Assembly (NCBI GenBank): GCA_963827235.1
Contig: CAWHAE010000010.1
Location: forward strand, 1,015,363-1,079,362
Reading direction: 5' to 3'
Origin: an uncultured bacterium
Lineage (GTDB): Bacteria > Chloroflexota > UBA5177 > JANWHV01
DNA: 64,000 nt
Shown piece by piece: positions 1-10,549 of this stretch. The translations under genes were made by a program, and so were the position numbers. The notes beneath the pieces are model-generated. The model had not been told where the DNA came from. It worked only from the letters and a program-made list of their open reading frames with translations, and ran no database searches. The first letter of the stretch is position 1; every line of letters starts with the position of its first letter.

Positions 1-1
1 A

Positions 2-290
2 GAGATCGCCGCCGCGGTACGCGTGGACGATACGCGCATAGTGACCGGAGAGATGAAGTGGTCTTCCAACCCGGTCGGCGGTGCCGTGCAGGCGGACCCG
101 ACTCGAGAGCTGCAGGAGCTCGCTGCCTCGGGTCATTCGCGGGCGAGAGACGCGCTGTCCCCGGTGCGGTCGGCCGCGTACTGCTTCGCGCCGGCGGCAG
201 GATTCACTCCAGAGGTGAAGAAGGTCAGCGCCGAATCGCCCGGAGTGCATGGGTGGTCGCGCGACGATCTCTCTTGGGGAGACGCCGCGT
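2..290 (+). pseudogene. C-terminal fragment of DUF234-type (archaeal-ATPase-associated) PD-(D/E)xK-like domain; runs off the window edge, end approximate
   Basis: Frame reads EIAAAVRVDDTRIVTGEMKWSSNPVG...GFT, resembling the EID-x(n)-GExKW motif, but the EID is degenerate. Confidence 0.35.
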
Positions 291-317
291 GGCACCGGCA
301 AGTCCGGAGCAGCCGGC

Positions 318-887
318 ATGAGCACAACACTGCCCGAGGAGGTGGCGGTCCTGGCGCGGCGACTGGCGAGAGAGCCGGCCACGGTGTTCGCCTGCGAGCT
401 TCCGCGGCCGCCCGGGATCAACGAGTGGTGGGAGCCCGTCACCGTCCGGCGCGGCGCCCGGTCCGTGGCCTCGATGAAGCTCTCTCGCCGCGCCGAGCGC
501 TATAAGTCGGCAGCCGAGGACCTGCTGCTGAGGCAGGGCGTCGACGTGGTGGCTCTCGAGGACGACTTCCGCGATCTCTGGCTGCGGCTCTACGTGACGT
601 CCTTCGTGGCCACGCCGATGGAACGCGACGTCGATGGACCGCTCAAGCCCATGCAGGACTTCATCTGCCGGCTGCTCGGCGCCAACGACGCGCGCGTTCG
701 CGTGGCCACTGCCTCGCTGATGCTGGATCCGGGACGACCACGCGTCGAGGTGCGCGTCGAAGGCTATCGCGTGTGGGCGGCCGGTGAGGCGGGTCCACCC
801 TATTACCTGCTCAAGACAGCGGATACGCCGTTGGGCCGGCGCAGCGTGGCTCTGCCGGTAACCGCTCGCAGACGACCATTGGAGTAG
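318..887 (+). CDS. RusA-family Holliday junction resolvase-like protein
   Basis: PPGINEWW N-terminal motif, RDVDGPLKPMQD...NDARV acidic catalytic pattern and C-terminal PRVEVRV strand typical of RusA; ATG at 318 after GGAG. Confidence 0.65.
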   Translation: MSTTLPEEVAVLARRLAREPATVFACELPRPPGINEWWEPVTVRRGARSVASMKLSRRAERYKSAAEDLLLRQGVDVVALEDDFRDLWLRLYVTSFVATPMERDVDGPLKPMQDFICRLLGANDARVRVATASLMLDPGRPRVEVRVEGYRVWAAGEAGPPYYLLKTADTPLGRRSVALPVTARRRPLE

Positions 888-1062
888 CCGGCCGGTAATG
901 ACGGCGGCGCCCCGAGCGGCGGGTCGTCCAGCGCCGAGGAACGGCCGCGGACCTACGACGTCGTACTCCGTAAGCAGGGCGAGACGCGCGACAGATTGGC
1001 GAGGACGTCGAATGAGCGTCTGCCGGACATGACGCCAAGGCATTTCCGGGTGTGAACGGCGG

Positions 1063-2301
1063 CTAGATCACCCGGCGACCACCGGCTATCACGGAGCGGA
1101 CAAGGTTGACGCCGAAGTGGTAGGGGATATCCAGGTAGCTGCGGGCGTCCAGGACAATCAAATCGGCGCGCTTGCCCTGCTCCAGGCTGCCCACCTCGTG
1201 CTCGAGGCGCAGAGCGCGTGCACCACCCAACGTGGCGGCCGTCACGGCTTCCTCCACGGACATGCGCAGGGTAATGCAGGCAAGGGCGATAATGAGCTGC
1301 ATGTTCTCGGTGAAACAGGTGCCGGGATTGCAGTCCGTGGCCAGGGCCACGGTAATCCCGCTATTGAGCAGGCCGCGGGCGGGCGCGTGAGAGCCGTGCG
1401 CCAAACAGAAGCTGGTGCCGGGAAGGAGCGTGGCCACGACGCCGGCTTCCGCCAGGCGCTCGATGCCGTCGAGCGTGACCTGAATGAGATGGTCGGCCGA
1501 GGCGGCGTGATACTCCGCGGCCAGCTGGGCGGCGCCGATAGACGCCAGCTCGTCGGCGTGGATGCGCAGGTCGAGGCCGAGCCGGCGGGCCGCGTCGAAG
1601 ATCCTGCGCGTCTGGGCAACGGAAAAGGCGCCCTGGTCGCAGAACGCATCGCAGAACGCGGCCAGGCCGGTCACTTCCGGCAGCATCTCGGAGACGATCA
1701 GGTCGACGTAGGCATCCGGATCGGCGCGGTAGTCGGCAGGCACGGCGTGAGCGCCCAGAAAGGTGGGCACTACGAGCCCGGGGAAATCCGCCTGTAGCCG
1801 CTGGACTGCCGCCAGGCTGCGCACCTCATCGCGCGTGGTCAGTCCATAGCCGCTCTTGGCCTCAAACGTGGTGGTGCCATAGCGCAAGAACGTATCGGCG
1901 CGCGCTCGCAGGCAACGCAGCAGCTCGTCGTCCGAGGCCGCTCGCGTGGCCGCGACGCTGCTCAAGATGCCGCCCTCGCCGCGCTCGAGCAGCGTGCCGT
2001 AGCTCTCGTGGCCGGCGGCCCTGGCCGCGAACTCCGCCGCCCGATTGCCGGCGAATACCGGATGCGTGTGGCTGTCGACGAAGCCCGGCAGCACGCACAG
2101 ACCCATGGCATCCACGACGACCGCGCACTCCACCAGCGCGGCGGGCAACGCCGCTTCCGGCCCGACCCACGTGATACGGCCCAGCTCGGCAACCAGCGCC
2201 GCCCCGGCGATCACGCCCAGAGGTCCGGCCGCGCCCTCCACGGGACGCCGGGCCACGGTCACCAGGCTGCCGATGTTGCGGACGACCAGACGGTCCGGCA
2301 C
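1063..2301 (-). CDS. hutI: Imidazolonepropionase
   Basis: PGFVDSHTH metal site, GTTTFEAKSGYGL, FLGAHAVP, HADEL, SADHL, ALATDCNPG. Confidence 0.96.
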   Translation of the reverse strand: MPDRLVVRNIGSLVTVARRPVEGAAGPLGVIAGAALVAELGRITWVGPEAALPAALVECAVVVDAMGLCVLPGFVDSHTHPVFAGNRAAEFAARAAGHESYGTLLERGEGGILSSVAATRAASDDELLRCLRARADTFLRYGTTTFEAKSGYGLTTRDEVRSLAAVQRLQADFPGLVVPTFLGAHAVPADYRADPDAYVDLIVSEMLPEVTGLAAFCDAFCDQGAFSVAQTRRIFDAARRLGLDLRIHADELASIGAAQLAAEYHAASADHLIQVTLDGIERLAEAGVVATLLPGTSFCLAHGSHAPARGLLNSGITVALATDCNPGTCFTENMQLIIALACITLRMSVEEAVTAATLGGARALRLEHEVGSLEQGKRADLIVLDARSYLDIPYHFGVNLVRSVIAGGRRVI

Positions 2302-2309
2302 CGCCGACC

Positions 2310-2798
2310 TCAGGCCAGCGGCATCGACTTGCCGCGCCGCTGATACCCCTTGGTGAGCGTCTCGTCGATCAGCGGCGGATCATAGAACATCTGGGAGCGT
2401 TCGATCTCGCCCTTCGGGTTCTTCACCGTGAAGGACACCAGGATGCCGCCGCTCAGCTCGACCAGACAGACGTTGGTGGCGCGCGCCTCATCGAGGTCGA
2501 AGCCCAGGGCGCGGAAGAAGTCCTCGTACCCGGTAGGGCACAATGGCGGCATCTTCACGTCGTTGACCGCCACGCCGCGCACCTGCTCCTGGCTGCTGAT
2601 CAGGGCCATCACGTCGCTCATCGGCAGGGCGATGCCCTCGGCCTTGAGGTTGGCGAGGTGTCCGGGGAAAGCGCGAGCCACGTAACCGTCCTCTACTTCG
2701 GAGATGAGGACGTGCCTGTAGACATTTCTGTCGAAATACCGCCCGATCGCCCGAAGCGCATCCTGATAGGTCGGCCGCTCGGTCCTTTGCACGCTCAT
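2310..2798 (-). CDS. Hypothetical protein with an internal two-fold repeat
   Basis: YQDALRAIGRYFD...VLISE and YEDFFRALGFDLD...VCLVE halves; GGAGG RBS before ATG 2798; 8 bp upstream of hutI. Confidence 0.75.
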   Translation of the reverse strand: MSVQRTERPTYQDALRAIGRYFDRNVYRHVLISEVEDGYVARAFPGHLANLKAEGIALPMSDVMALISSQEQVRGVAVNDVKMPPLCPTGYEDFFRALGFDLDEARATNVCLVELSGGILVSFTVKNPKGEIERSQMFYDPPLIDETLTKGYQRRGKSMPLA

Positions 2799-3079
2799 CC
2801 TCCCGACGTACAAGCAGGCACGTGTCCCGACATACGAGCCCGCCCCCGGGCGAGCCGCACCGGCTGTGCCTCGCTACCTGACACTATCCGCCCATCAGGA
2901 CCGCGCCGTCAAGGGCGGGAGAATAGGACGATTGGGGTGTCCCGGCATCAGAGCCGCGGTCCCCCTGCCGGGAAACCCCCGCTCCTTGTACCGGCGACTG
3001 CCCGGGTACACGCAGCGGCCACGTCGCCAGTGGCTGAGCCGGGCATAGGGCAGGCGGCATGACAAGGTTGCCGCCTGAA

Positions 3080-3742
3080 CTAGAATCCGGCGGCGCGCAG
3101 GCGCTTGTCCACGATACGACCGATCGCCGCTACCTGCGTGGGCGTGAACTTGCCGTTCAGGCCGGTGACCCGTACCAGGCAAAGCGCTCGCCCCCGGCGG
3201 AAGACAAGGTCGATGACCCGGTCATTCCTGCCGGTGGTACCGGCTGCCTGAGAACGGGCAAAGTAGGTGTCGCCGACCGGCGGAACACTGACGATGTCGC
3301 TCGCATGCCCTACACGTGCCGATTCAGCCAGGTCGTAATCGGTGTGGGCAGTCTGCTCGGACGCATACAGTAGAATGTCGCTCTCCACGGCGACAATCGG
3401 CCGCGTCTTGGGAGGCACCAGAAGCTCCAGGTCGGCGGCCATCAGGCCGGTCAGCCGCAAGCGGAACACGTGGGAGCCGCCATTCGCCACCAGCTGCTGA
3501 CCGGTGAGCAGCCGGCTACTATATACCTTCGTACCGGAAAACAGGTCGGCGGCGCCCAAGTTGAGCGAAGCAAGAGACGGCGCTGCCACGGCCAGCCCGG
3601 CCGGCGCCAGCCCAAGCATCAAACCGAATAGCCACATCCAGACACCGTATACTGCCGTACGACGCCGAAGGCCGGTCCGAATCACCGATGCGGTGGACTG
3701 CATGGGGAACGATTCGCCTCCAACTGTGTTGCCGGGGTACAT
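3080..3742 (-). CDS. Hypothetical exported or membrane-anchored protein (start uncertain)
   Basis: Basic N-region plus hydrophobic segment and AVA-A cleavage-like site. Confidence 0.6.
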   Translation of the reverse strand: MYPGNTVGGESFPMQSTASVIRTGLRRRTAVYGVWMWLFGLMLGLAPAGLAVAAPSLASLNLGAADLFSGTKVYSSRLLTGQQLVANGGSHVFRLRLTGLMAADLELLVPPKTRPIVAVESDILLYASEQTAHTDYDLAESARVGHASDIVSVPPVGDTYFARSQAAGTTGRNDRVIDLVFRRGRALCLVRVTGLNGKFTPTQVAAIGRIVDKRLRAAGF

Positions 3743-3862
3743 CTACAGGCGATCGACCGTAAACGGCCGGACGGAGCCTGATGCTTGTCGTGCCGAGTCC
3801 TGGCGCGTCCCTACCGCACCGACTGGAGCAGCATAGCACACGGGCCGAGACTCCGCATTGCC

Positions 3863-4117
3863 CTAATCGGCGCCGATCTCCAGGGGAGTCGGCCGTCCGT
3901 CGAACCGCGCCGGCAGGCCAGGGGCGGTTGCCGTCGGCAGCGGCACCACCGGCGTGGCAGTGACGACCGCCGCGATGCTGGTCCGGGGCACCACCGACCG
4001 GTGCCCGGAGCCATGCACGAGCACTACCAGCAGGCACAAGCACAGCACTGCCAGCGCGCCTACCACCATGTACTGCCAGGGCTGGGCCGGCTGCGCGAAT
4101 GCCTTGCGATCGAGCAT
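3863..4117 (-). CDS. Small single-TM hypothetical protein
   Basis: YMVVGALAVLCLCLLVVLV helix followed by a Pro/Thr tail; directly downstream of the TadG-like gene. Confidence 0.5.
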   Translation of the reverse strand: MLDRKAFAQPAQPWQYMVVGALAVLCLCLLVVLVHGSGHRSVVPRTSIAAVVTATPVVPLPTATAPGLPARFDGRPTPLEIGAD

Positions 4118-4134
4118 CGGTCTTCTGCGCCCTT

Positions 4135-7100
4135 CTACTTCACCAGGTGCACTGGCGAGCCTTTGACTGCCAGGGTCATGGTCAGGCGGTCGGACGCCAG
4201 GATGGTGCCGTTGAGGATTGGCCGTGGCACCGGCACATACTGCAGCTTCCAGTAACCGCCGTTGTAGCTCGTGGGGATCTTCACGTCGATGTAGAGCCAA
4301 GATCCGTCGAAGAAATAGTGTCCGTCCTCGGCGACCATCACACCCGGGATGCCGGTCAGGCTCGAATCGACGCCGTTCTCGTTCTCCTCCCAAGAGACCG
4401 GGTAGCTGCTGATCTCAGATGCGGGATTGTCGGTGGGGTCTGTGTCCAGCAACGGCTGTTGCACTTCCGGCCAGGTCACGCCGCTGCCGGTGTAGAGCGC
4501 CGCTCCCGAGGCCATGTGGCTCATCAAGTAGGTGGCATCGTTGTCGCTTATGGGGGTGCCCTGCGCATTGAGGCCGGAAGGATTAGCCGTGTCGCCGGTG
4601 CGGCCGGTACCCGTATCGGCCTTGGCCCACCACTGGAAGGGCTGGAACTGCCCAGTGGGGTCGACCACTGCCATCCAGGCGGAGCCGAGATGCTGGCAGT
4701 CCACGACGTCGCCGGGGCCGAACAGGCCGATCTCAAGCGTGCGGCCGGCGTACGTGCTGGGCACGTAGCCGATGGGGATGACGGCGCCAGGGTTGTTGGG
4801 CGGTGCCGGCGTAGGCGTAATGGTCGGCGTCTGTGTGATCGTAGGCGTCGACGTGCCCGTCGGCGTGAGCGAGCTGGTGGAGGTCGGCGTGTTGGTCGTC
4901 GTTCGGGTGATGGTCGGCGTCACCGTGCTGGTACACGGTCCGGGCGAGCAGGTCGAGGCGGTGCTAGTGCGCGTGGCCGTCGCGGTACTCGTCACGGTCG
5001 CGGTATTCGTCCCGGTCGTCGTGGACGTCGGCGTCGTGGTCGGCGTCGAAGTCGCCGTATGCGTGGGCAGCGGCGTGCCCGGCGTGGTCTGTTCGTTCAC
5101 ATTCGGCACGTAGATGCCTGCTGAGCCATCGCCGTACACGAGCGGCCAGTCCGAATTCTTGGGCTCCGCGGCATTCGGCAGGACTCCGCCCGGGCATTCA
5201 CCGGCCGGGTTGGGCGTGGAATCATCAGGGCAGGCAAAAGCGTCGCCAGTACTCAGCTCGCCCGCCGTGCAGTACTGGGTCCTGGCCGGCGAGCTGTTGG
5301 TGGCATAGTCCGCGTTGCACCACGCGGCGCCAGGATTGGCACCGGCCTTGACGGCTGGGTCGGGGGCTTCGCCGTCGATGCTGACAGAGTTATTCTTTCC
5401 CATGTGCAGGCCGTCGGTGCGCACCGGGGTGCCGCCCGTGCTGGGCAGCAGCGGCACGTTGGTGGTCCCGTCCGAGCTTGGCGTGTAAACCGGGTAGTCG
5501 ACTACCCAGCCGGCACCGCCGTTCGTCGGCACGAGCGTCGCGCTGCACAGCGGGCAGGTCTTGTCGGTCGGGAAGGCGCCGATAGCGAAATTGTTGACGT
5601 TCTGCTCGGTGTATGGCTTCAGCGAGTACCCGTAGTAATCGGGCACCGTGCCATCGGAGGTGGTGGGATCGGTATCGCCCGTGGAGCCGGTCGTGTAGAC
5701 CTGCACGTAGTAGTAGCTGGTGGGCGGTGCATCCGCGGCGGCCGCCGGGATCTCGCCCAGCCAGCGCCAGACAAAGGCATCGTTCTTGGGCTTCGCAGTA
5801 CCGGTGAGCGGTCCTGTCCCATCGTATATCTCGGTCGCCGCCTTGTAGCTACCGTCGGCCACCGGAATGCCGGGCTCGGAGGGCAGGTTGGCCTCGCCGC
5901 CGCTGGCCTGCTGGCCAACCCATACCGGCGTGGCGGCATCGGAGCCGTCGGTGGGCGGAGTCGCCGTCGCCGGCTCGTTCGGAGAGCAGGAGTTGTTGGT
6001 GACTACCGGGATGGGGGCATCGATGCCCAGCATATTGTCGCCGGTAACCACACCGCTGGTAAGCTGGGACCGCTGGCTGACTGCCTCCCGGTCGGCACCG
6101 GACTGGTAGAGGCGGAAGTGCGTGGTCCAGGGCTGCGGGTACACGTAGGCAGCGTAGTCCCCGCCGACGTAGGCCGCGGTGTTGTTGAAGAGCGAGGTCA
6201 CGCGAGCGTAGCCCGGGTCGTCGGGGTACTGGTCGACGTAGTTTCCGTTCACGTCCGTGGCGGGACTCTCGGGTCCCTGACCCTGGTGCATGTTGGACTG
6301 GTCGACCGTATCGTTGCGCGGAATGTACACCGTGACGGCGCCGTTCGTGATATCCCACCCACCGCCGGCGTTTGCGTTGTACGGCATGGGCTGGAACACC
6401 TTTGGGCAGACGTTGTTGAAGAGGTATGTGTTCTCGATCGTAGCGGCGTCACCCGGACTGTAGATCCAGACTTCCACGGGCGAGGTATTATGGTGCACCT
6501 CGACCGTGTACCAGTAGCCCAGGTTCGTGCAGTCCGGGTTGGCGTTCGCAGTGCCGGAGTCAACGCAGTTGTTGCCGTTCGCCGGGCCCACGGCCGCCTG
6601 GTTCATGAACGGCGGCACGGAGCCTCCGTTGAGCGGCGTGTTCGTCGGCTTGGGCGTCTTCGTGGGCGTCTGCGTAAAGGTATTGGTCGGCGTGAACGTA
6701 TTGGTAGGCGTAAACGTGTCGGTGGGCGTGAACGTGTTGGTCGGCGTGTTCGTGCGCGTGTTGGTCGGCGTCCGCGTGTAGGTCGGCGTGTTGGTGAAGG
6801 TCGGCGTATTGGTCGGCGTCTGCGTGATCGTCGGCGTGCTGGTCTGCGTCTTGGTGCTGGTCGGCGTCCTGGTGCTCGTCGCCGTCGGCGTCTGCGTGAT
6901 GGTCGGCGTGTAGGTGTTCGTAGGCGTGTTGGTGAACGTGGCCGTGTTGGTCGGCGTGCTGGTCTTGGTCGGTGTCTGCGTGATGGTCGGCGTGTTGGTG
7001 AATGTCGGCGTGTAGGTGTTCGTCGCCGTGTTGGTCGGCGTGTTGGTCTTGGTCGGCGTCTGCGTGATGGTCGGCGTATTGGTCTTGGTCGGCGTCTGCG

Positions 7101-8376
7101 TGATGGTCGGGGTCTGAGTCCTGGTCGGGGTCTGAGTTACGGTCGGCGTCTGCGTCCTGGTCGGCGTGTTGGTGTATGTCGCCGTAGTGGTCGGCGTCTG
7201 CGTGATGGTGGGCGTCTGCGTCCTGGTCGGCGTCTGCGTGATAGTCGGCGTCTGCGTGATGGTCCCCGTAGTGCTCGGCGTCTGCGTGATGCTCGGCGTC
7301 TGCGTAATGCTCGGCGTGTTTGTCACCGTGAATGTGGCGGTCGGACAGTGCCAATGACACACATGCGGCGTTGGCGTGGGGGTAACCGTGAACGTGCTCG
7401 TATCGACCGGCGTCTGCGTGAAGGTATCGGTCGGCGTGTTCGTCGAGGTGGTCGTGCCCGTGTTCGTCTGGGTCGGCGTGTCCGTGGTCGTCGGCGTCTG
7501 CGTGATGGTCGGCGTGTCCGTCAACGACGGAGTCTCCGTGACGGTCGGCGTGCCGGTAGCGGTGCTGGTGGCAGTCGGCAGCGGGCATCGGCTGGCAGGC
7601 AATGAGTTGGCGATGTAGGTGCTCTCGAAGGGATCGCCGTATTCCTTGGCCGTGGAGCCGGCGTTGATGGAAAGCCAGTAGTTCTGCGGCTGCCAGTGGT
7701 ACTGGTCCGGGGTGCCGAGGGCAGCGGTGTCGTAGCCAAGCACGTTGGTGGCGGCACCCATCTGCATGGTGGAGTCGTATTCGGAGGTGGCAGACTTGCT
7801 GATACCGATCTGGTTGTAGCCGATCACCTTCATGAAGGTGGTCGGCATCTTCCAGGACAGGGATACGCTGAGCTGGTGGTCGATCAGCTGGCCGTTCGAG
7901 GGATCGAAGACCTCGGCCACGCAGATCTCGTAGGTGGCGCCCGCCGGCCAGCTGGTGGGACAGTTGTTGCTCATGGCGTAGTCGTTGAAGGCCTGCAGGT
8001 CGGTAGCGCTGGGCTTCGGCTCGTCGGCGTTGGCGAAGCCGTTCTGCTGCAGGACGCGGAAGGCGCGGGTGATCGCGTTGTCGCACTGGTTCCGGCTGGC
8101 GTCGGCGCCGCATGCATAGGTGTTGTAGTCATTCGGCATGAAGACCACGCCGGCCAGGGCGGCACTGTCGGCAGCGCGCTGGGTGTCCCCGGCCTGGAAT
8201 TGGGCGCGAGCGACATCGGTAATCAGGGCGAGGAAGCAAAGGAGCACGACGATGAACAGAGCGAGGAGTATCACCACCTGGCCGTCCTCCGGCGCACGAA
8301 CGTGATCACCGCCCCGTAGCATTCCGCTGCGGGACGGGTGGCGGGTCAAGCCGTGTCGCGTGCTCTCGTCGTTCAT
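4135..8376 (-). CDS. Giant TadG-like (Tad N-terminal domain) pilus-associated protein with Thr-Pro linkers
   Basis: Prepilin-like [25 protein letters not shown]...[11 protein letters not shown] motif; about 300-aa and 65-aa TPT repeat tracts; GGAGG before ATG 8376 (alternative start 8400). Confidence 0.8.
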   Translation of the reverse strand: MNDESTRHGLTRHPSRSGMLRGGDHVRAPEDGQVVILLALFIVVLLCFLALITDVARAQFQAGDTQRAADSAALAGVVFMPNDYNTYACGADASRNQCDNAITRAFRVLQQNGFANADEPKPSATDLQAFNDYAMSNNCPTSWPAGATYEICVAEVFDPSNGQLIDHQLSVSLSWKMPTTFMKVIGYNQIGISKSATSEYDSTMQMGAATNVLGYDTAALGTPDQYHWQPQNYWLSINAGSTAKEYGDPFESTYIANSLPASRCPLPTATSTATGTPTVTETPSLTDTPTITQTPTTTDTPTQTNTGTTTSTNTPTDTFTQTPVDTSTFTVTPTPTPHVCHWHCPTATFTVTNTPSITQTPSITQTPSTTGTITQTPTITQTPTRTQTPTITQTPTTTATYTNTPTRTQTPTVTQTPTRTQTPTITQTPTKTNTPTITQTPTKTNTPTNTATNTYTPTFTNTPTITQTPTKTSTPTNTATFTNTPTNTYTPTITQTPTATSTRTPTSTKTQTSTPTITQTPTNTPTFTNTPTYTRTPTNTRTNTPTNTFTPTDTFTPTNTFTPTNTFTQTPTKTPKPTNTPLNGGSVPPFMNQAAVGPANGNNCVDSGTANANPDCTNLGYWYTVEVHHNTSPVEVWIYSPGDAATIENTYLFNNVCPKVFQPMPYNANAGGGWDITNGAVTVYIPRNDTVDQSNMHQGQGPESPATDVNGNYVDQYPDDPGYARVTSLFNNTAAYVGGDYAAYVYPQPWTTHFRLYQSGADREAVSQRSQLTSGVVTGDNMLGIDAPIPVVTNNSCSPNEPATATPPTDGSDAATPVWVGQQASGGEANLPSEPGIPVADGSYKAATEIYDGTGPLTGTAKPKNDAFVWRWLGEIPAAAADAPPTSYYYVQVYTTGSTGDTDPTTSDGTVPDYYGYSLKPYTEQNVNNFAIGAFPTDKTCPLCSATLVPTNGGAGWVVDYPVYTPSSDGTTNVPLLPSTGGTPVRTDGLHMGKNNSVSIDGEAPDPAVKAGANPGAAWCNADYATNSSPARTQYCTAGELSTGDAFACPDDSTPNPAGECPGGVLPNAAEPKNSDWPLVYGDGSAGIYVPNVNEQTTPGTPLPTHTATSTPTTTPTSTTTGTNTATVTSTATATRTSTASTCSPGPCTSTVTPTITRTTTNTPTSTSSLTPTGTSTPTITQTPTITPTPAPPNNPGAVIPIGYVPSTYAGRTLEIGLFGPGDVVDCQHLGSAWMAVVDPTGQFQPFQWWAKADTGTGRTGDTANPSGLNAQGTPISDNDATYLMSHMASGAALYTGSGVTWPEVQQPLLDTDPTDNPASEISSYPVSWEENENGVDSSLTGIPGVMVAEDGHYFFDGSWLYIDVKIPTSYNGGYWKLQYVPVPRPILNGTILASDRLTMTLAVKGSPVHLVK
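6640..7570 (-). repeat. Coding tandem repeat with 18-bp-based units encoding T-x-T-P-T-x
   Basis: Dozens of gtcggcgt(c/g)... units; protein TQTPTI/TNTPTK/TFTPTN. Confidence 0.9.
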
Positions 8377-8410
8377 CGGTGGGCCTCCGCGAGTGATCAT
8401 GACAGAATGA

Positions 8411-9370
8411 TTAAGTGGGCGGACTCATCATGAAAGCGGCCTGGTCGGTCATGCGCAGCATGTGGCTGTTTCCCAGAAATACGTTTGCCAGGACCTGGAA
8501 GAGCGGCGTATGGAACTGATAGTCGTAGGTGACCTGCACGCCGAAGCTATCCGGCCAGGGCGTGTCGCTGGTTGGGCTGCCTCCGGAGAGCGTCACCAGC
8601 TTGTCCGAGATGTTGTTTCGCCAGCGCGGCGGCCAGTTTCCCTTGGCGAAGCTGGTAGGCACGCAGGCAGCGTTGAGCGTGCCGGTGCCGGAGTTGTCGG
8701 GGTAGGGCAGGCAGTTGGTCACGCTCTGGCCGTCCAGGAGCGATGAGCCGCAAGTCGGCGTGGTGGCGTACGTGGGCGGGGACGTGGTGGTGTAGCCGCT
8801 GGTCAGGGTCGGGCTGAAGACGCTGGCGGCGCCGCCGTGGAACAGATTGTAGATCGCGCCCTCGCCGTTGCCGTTCCCGGCACCTGAGCTTATGTCAGCG
8901 CCCGAGCCGGGATCATAGTCCGAGTAATAGTAGTCGCCGACATAGGCCTGCGTGTTCCAGTAGGCGTTGGGATCGCTGGTGGACGGCAGCCCCGTGCTGT
9001 CATCGCCGGTTGCGGCCGACCGCGGCGCGTCGGTGCCGCTGTTGGTATCCGCGGCGTACAGGAGCACGGAGCGAACGTGGTTGGTGTCGATGGTGGTGCC
9101 CTGCAGCCGATCGGCGATGTCCTCGAGCACCGCGTAGTCGGCCAGGCAACCGGGAGCTACCGAGCTGCCGGCGCCGTCGAGAGTGCCGCCCATGGAACCG
9201 TAGTGCGAGGCCTGGCGCACGGTGTCCTCAAGGATGACGTGGGCATTGATGATGAAGCCGAATTCGATGGCGCCGAAGAGCACGATGATCAGGATGGGGA
9301 TGGCAAGTGCGAATTCGACCATAGCCTGGCCGGGATGATGGCGGAAGTGGCGGAGCCACCGGCGGCGCAT
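8411..9370 (-). CDS. TadE/TadG-family pseudopilin
   Basis: [25 protein letters not shown] and C-terminal [12 protein letters not shown]; RBS before ATG 9370. Confidence 0.88.
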   Translation of the reverse strand: MRRRWLRHFRHHPGQAMVEFALAIPILIIVLFGAIEFGFIINAHVILEDTVRQASHYGSMGGTLDGAGSSVAPGCLADYAVLEDIADRLQGTTIDTNHVRSVLLYAADTNSGTDAPRSAATGDDSTGLPSTSDPNAYWNTQAYVGDYYYSDYDPGSGADISSGAGNGNGEGAIYNLFHGGAASVFSPTLTSGYTTTSPPTYATTPTCGSSLLDGQSVTNCLPYPDNSGTGTLNAACVPTSFAKGNWPPRWRNNISDKLVTLSGGSPTSDTPWPDSFGVQVTYDYQFHTPLFQVLANVFLGNSHMLRMTDQAAFMMSPPT

Positions 9371-9383
9371 CGACTTCACCTCC

Positions 9384-10376
9384 CTAACTCGAGCTCGTGC
9401 TGACCACGGGCTCGACGCGTGCACGCGCGTGCGCCGTGATGGTAAAGCCGAAGCCGAGTGGACCGCTGCCCATCGGCTTCCAGGTGTAGTTGACGGCCAC
9501 GTCCAGCTCGTCGGGAAGTACCTGACCCGTGTCCGTGGCCGACGTGCTCACCGTGTCCGTCCGATCGGAGGGGTAGTAGTAGCAGAGGTGGGTGGTAACG
9601 CCGGCGGCCTCGCCGTTGTTCAGGCAGGGGTCGTTCGTCCCCGGCGGAGCGTCTCGCCCGCAGCCGCTGAGCAGGTCGGCATCGCTGGGCACGTGTGCCT
9701 GGGCCTCGGCGTCGGTGGTGAGGTTGACCTGGTCGCTGCTGTCCAGGAAGACGTCCCCGCTGCTCGGGTCCTCATGTGTGTTGTAGAAGTACTGGCACGG
9801 CGTCGGAACGGCGCCGTACTGTGAAGCCAGGGCGGACGAATTCTGGCTGATATAGTCATAGGGATTGACGTCAAAGCTGTGCGTGCTCATCTCGTAGGTG
9901 TAGAAGTTCTCGTACAGGCTGCCCGCTCCGGCATCGGTGAGCGCGCGGCTCTGTACGAGCTGGACGTCGTAGTAGTTCGCCCGGTCCGGGTTATCCGAAC
10001 GCAGCGAGGCACGCAGGATCTGCCCGATCGCGTCATCGTAGGAAGGATTATTGCCCGTCGCGTAGTTGATCAGGGTGGCCTGGCGCACGGAGGTGGAAAC
10101 CGCGGAGTTGTAGTCGATCACGGTATGGATCGCCAGGGAGAAGAACAAGATAGCCAGCAGGCAGAGCAGGAACGCGGGAAGAATGAGCATGAACTCCACC
10201 ATGGATTGCCCATCCATGGCCACCACGGCGCGCGCGGACACCCGCTGCGGCTTGCACGTGGAATGGCGGCGAATCACCACGCGAACCCCTCTTCGGCCGC
10301 TAAAATGCTGCGATAGCGCCTGAGTACGCTTCTTGCGTCGTACAGTATACGCTGGACATCCGGCGCGGAACATCAC
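9384..10376 (-). CDS. TadE-family pseudopilin (true start probably near 10286)
   Basis: GQSMVEFMLILPAFLLCLLAILFF and C-terminal VAVNYTWKP. Confidence 0.85.
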   Translation of the reverse strand: MMFRAGCPAYTVRRKKRTQALSQHFSGRRGVRVVIRRHSTCKPQRVSARAVVAMDGQSMVEFMLILPAFLLCLLAILFFSLAIHTVIDYNSAVSTSVRQATLINYATGNNPSYDDAIGQILRASLRSDNPDRANYYDVQLVQSRALTDAGAGSLYENFYTYEMSTHSFDVNPYDYISQNSSALASQYGAVPTPCQYFYNTHEDPSSGDVFLDSSDQVNLTTDAEAQAHVPSDADLLSGCGRDAPPGTNDPCLNNGEAAGVTTHLCYYYPSDRTDTVSTSATDTGQVLPDELDVAVNYTWKPMGSGPLGFGFTITAHARARVEPVVSTSSS

Positions 10377-10402
10377 ACAGGATGGCTATGCCACGGTGCC
10401 CT

Positions 10403-10462
10403 ATTTGTGCTATCGACCCGGATTCCATTCGTGCTATTGCCTGACACCACATTTGTGTCGAT
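10403..10462. promoter_or_regulatory. Three ATT(T/C)GTG direct repeats at 24-bp spacing in the divergent tad/Asp-box intergenic region
   Basis: atttgtgctat at 10403, attcgtgctat at 10427, atttgtgtcgat at 10451. Confidence 0.4.
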
Positions 10463-10549
10463 GCTGCAATAAGTGATGATCAGTCTCTTGAACGTGCCGG
10501 AGGTGGCCGTGGGACCTGGGGAGCCCGCCGAGCCCAGGCGTCCGCGGCA

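Noticed and set aside
5404-7605. 733-aa plus-strand ORF, and other long antisense ORFs such as 12361-14169 and 35685-38432
   Set aside because: Arg/Gly-rich shadows of real genes on the opposite strand in high-GC DNA
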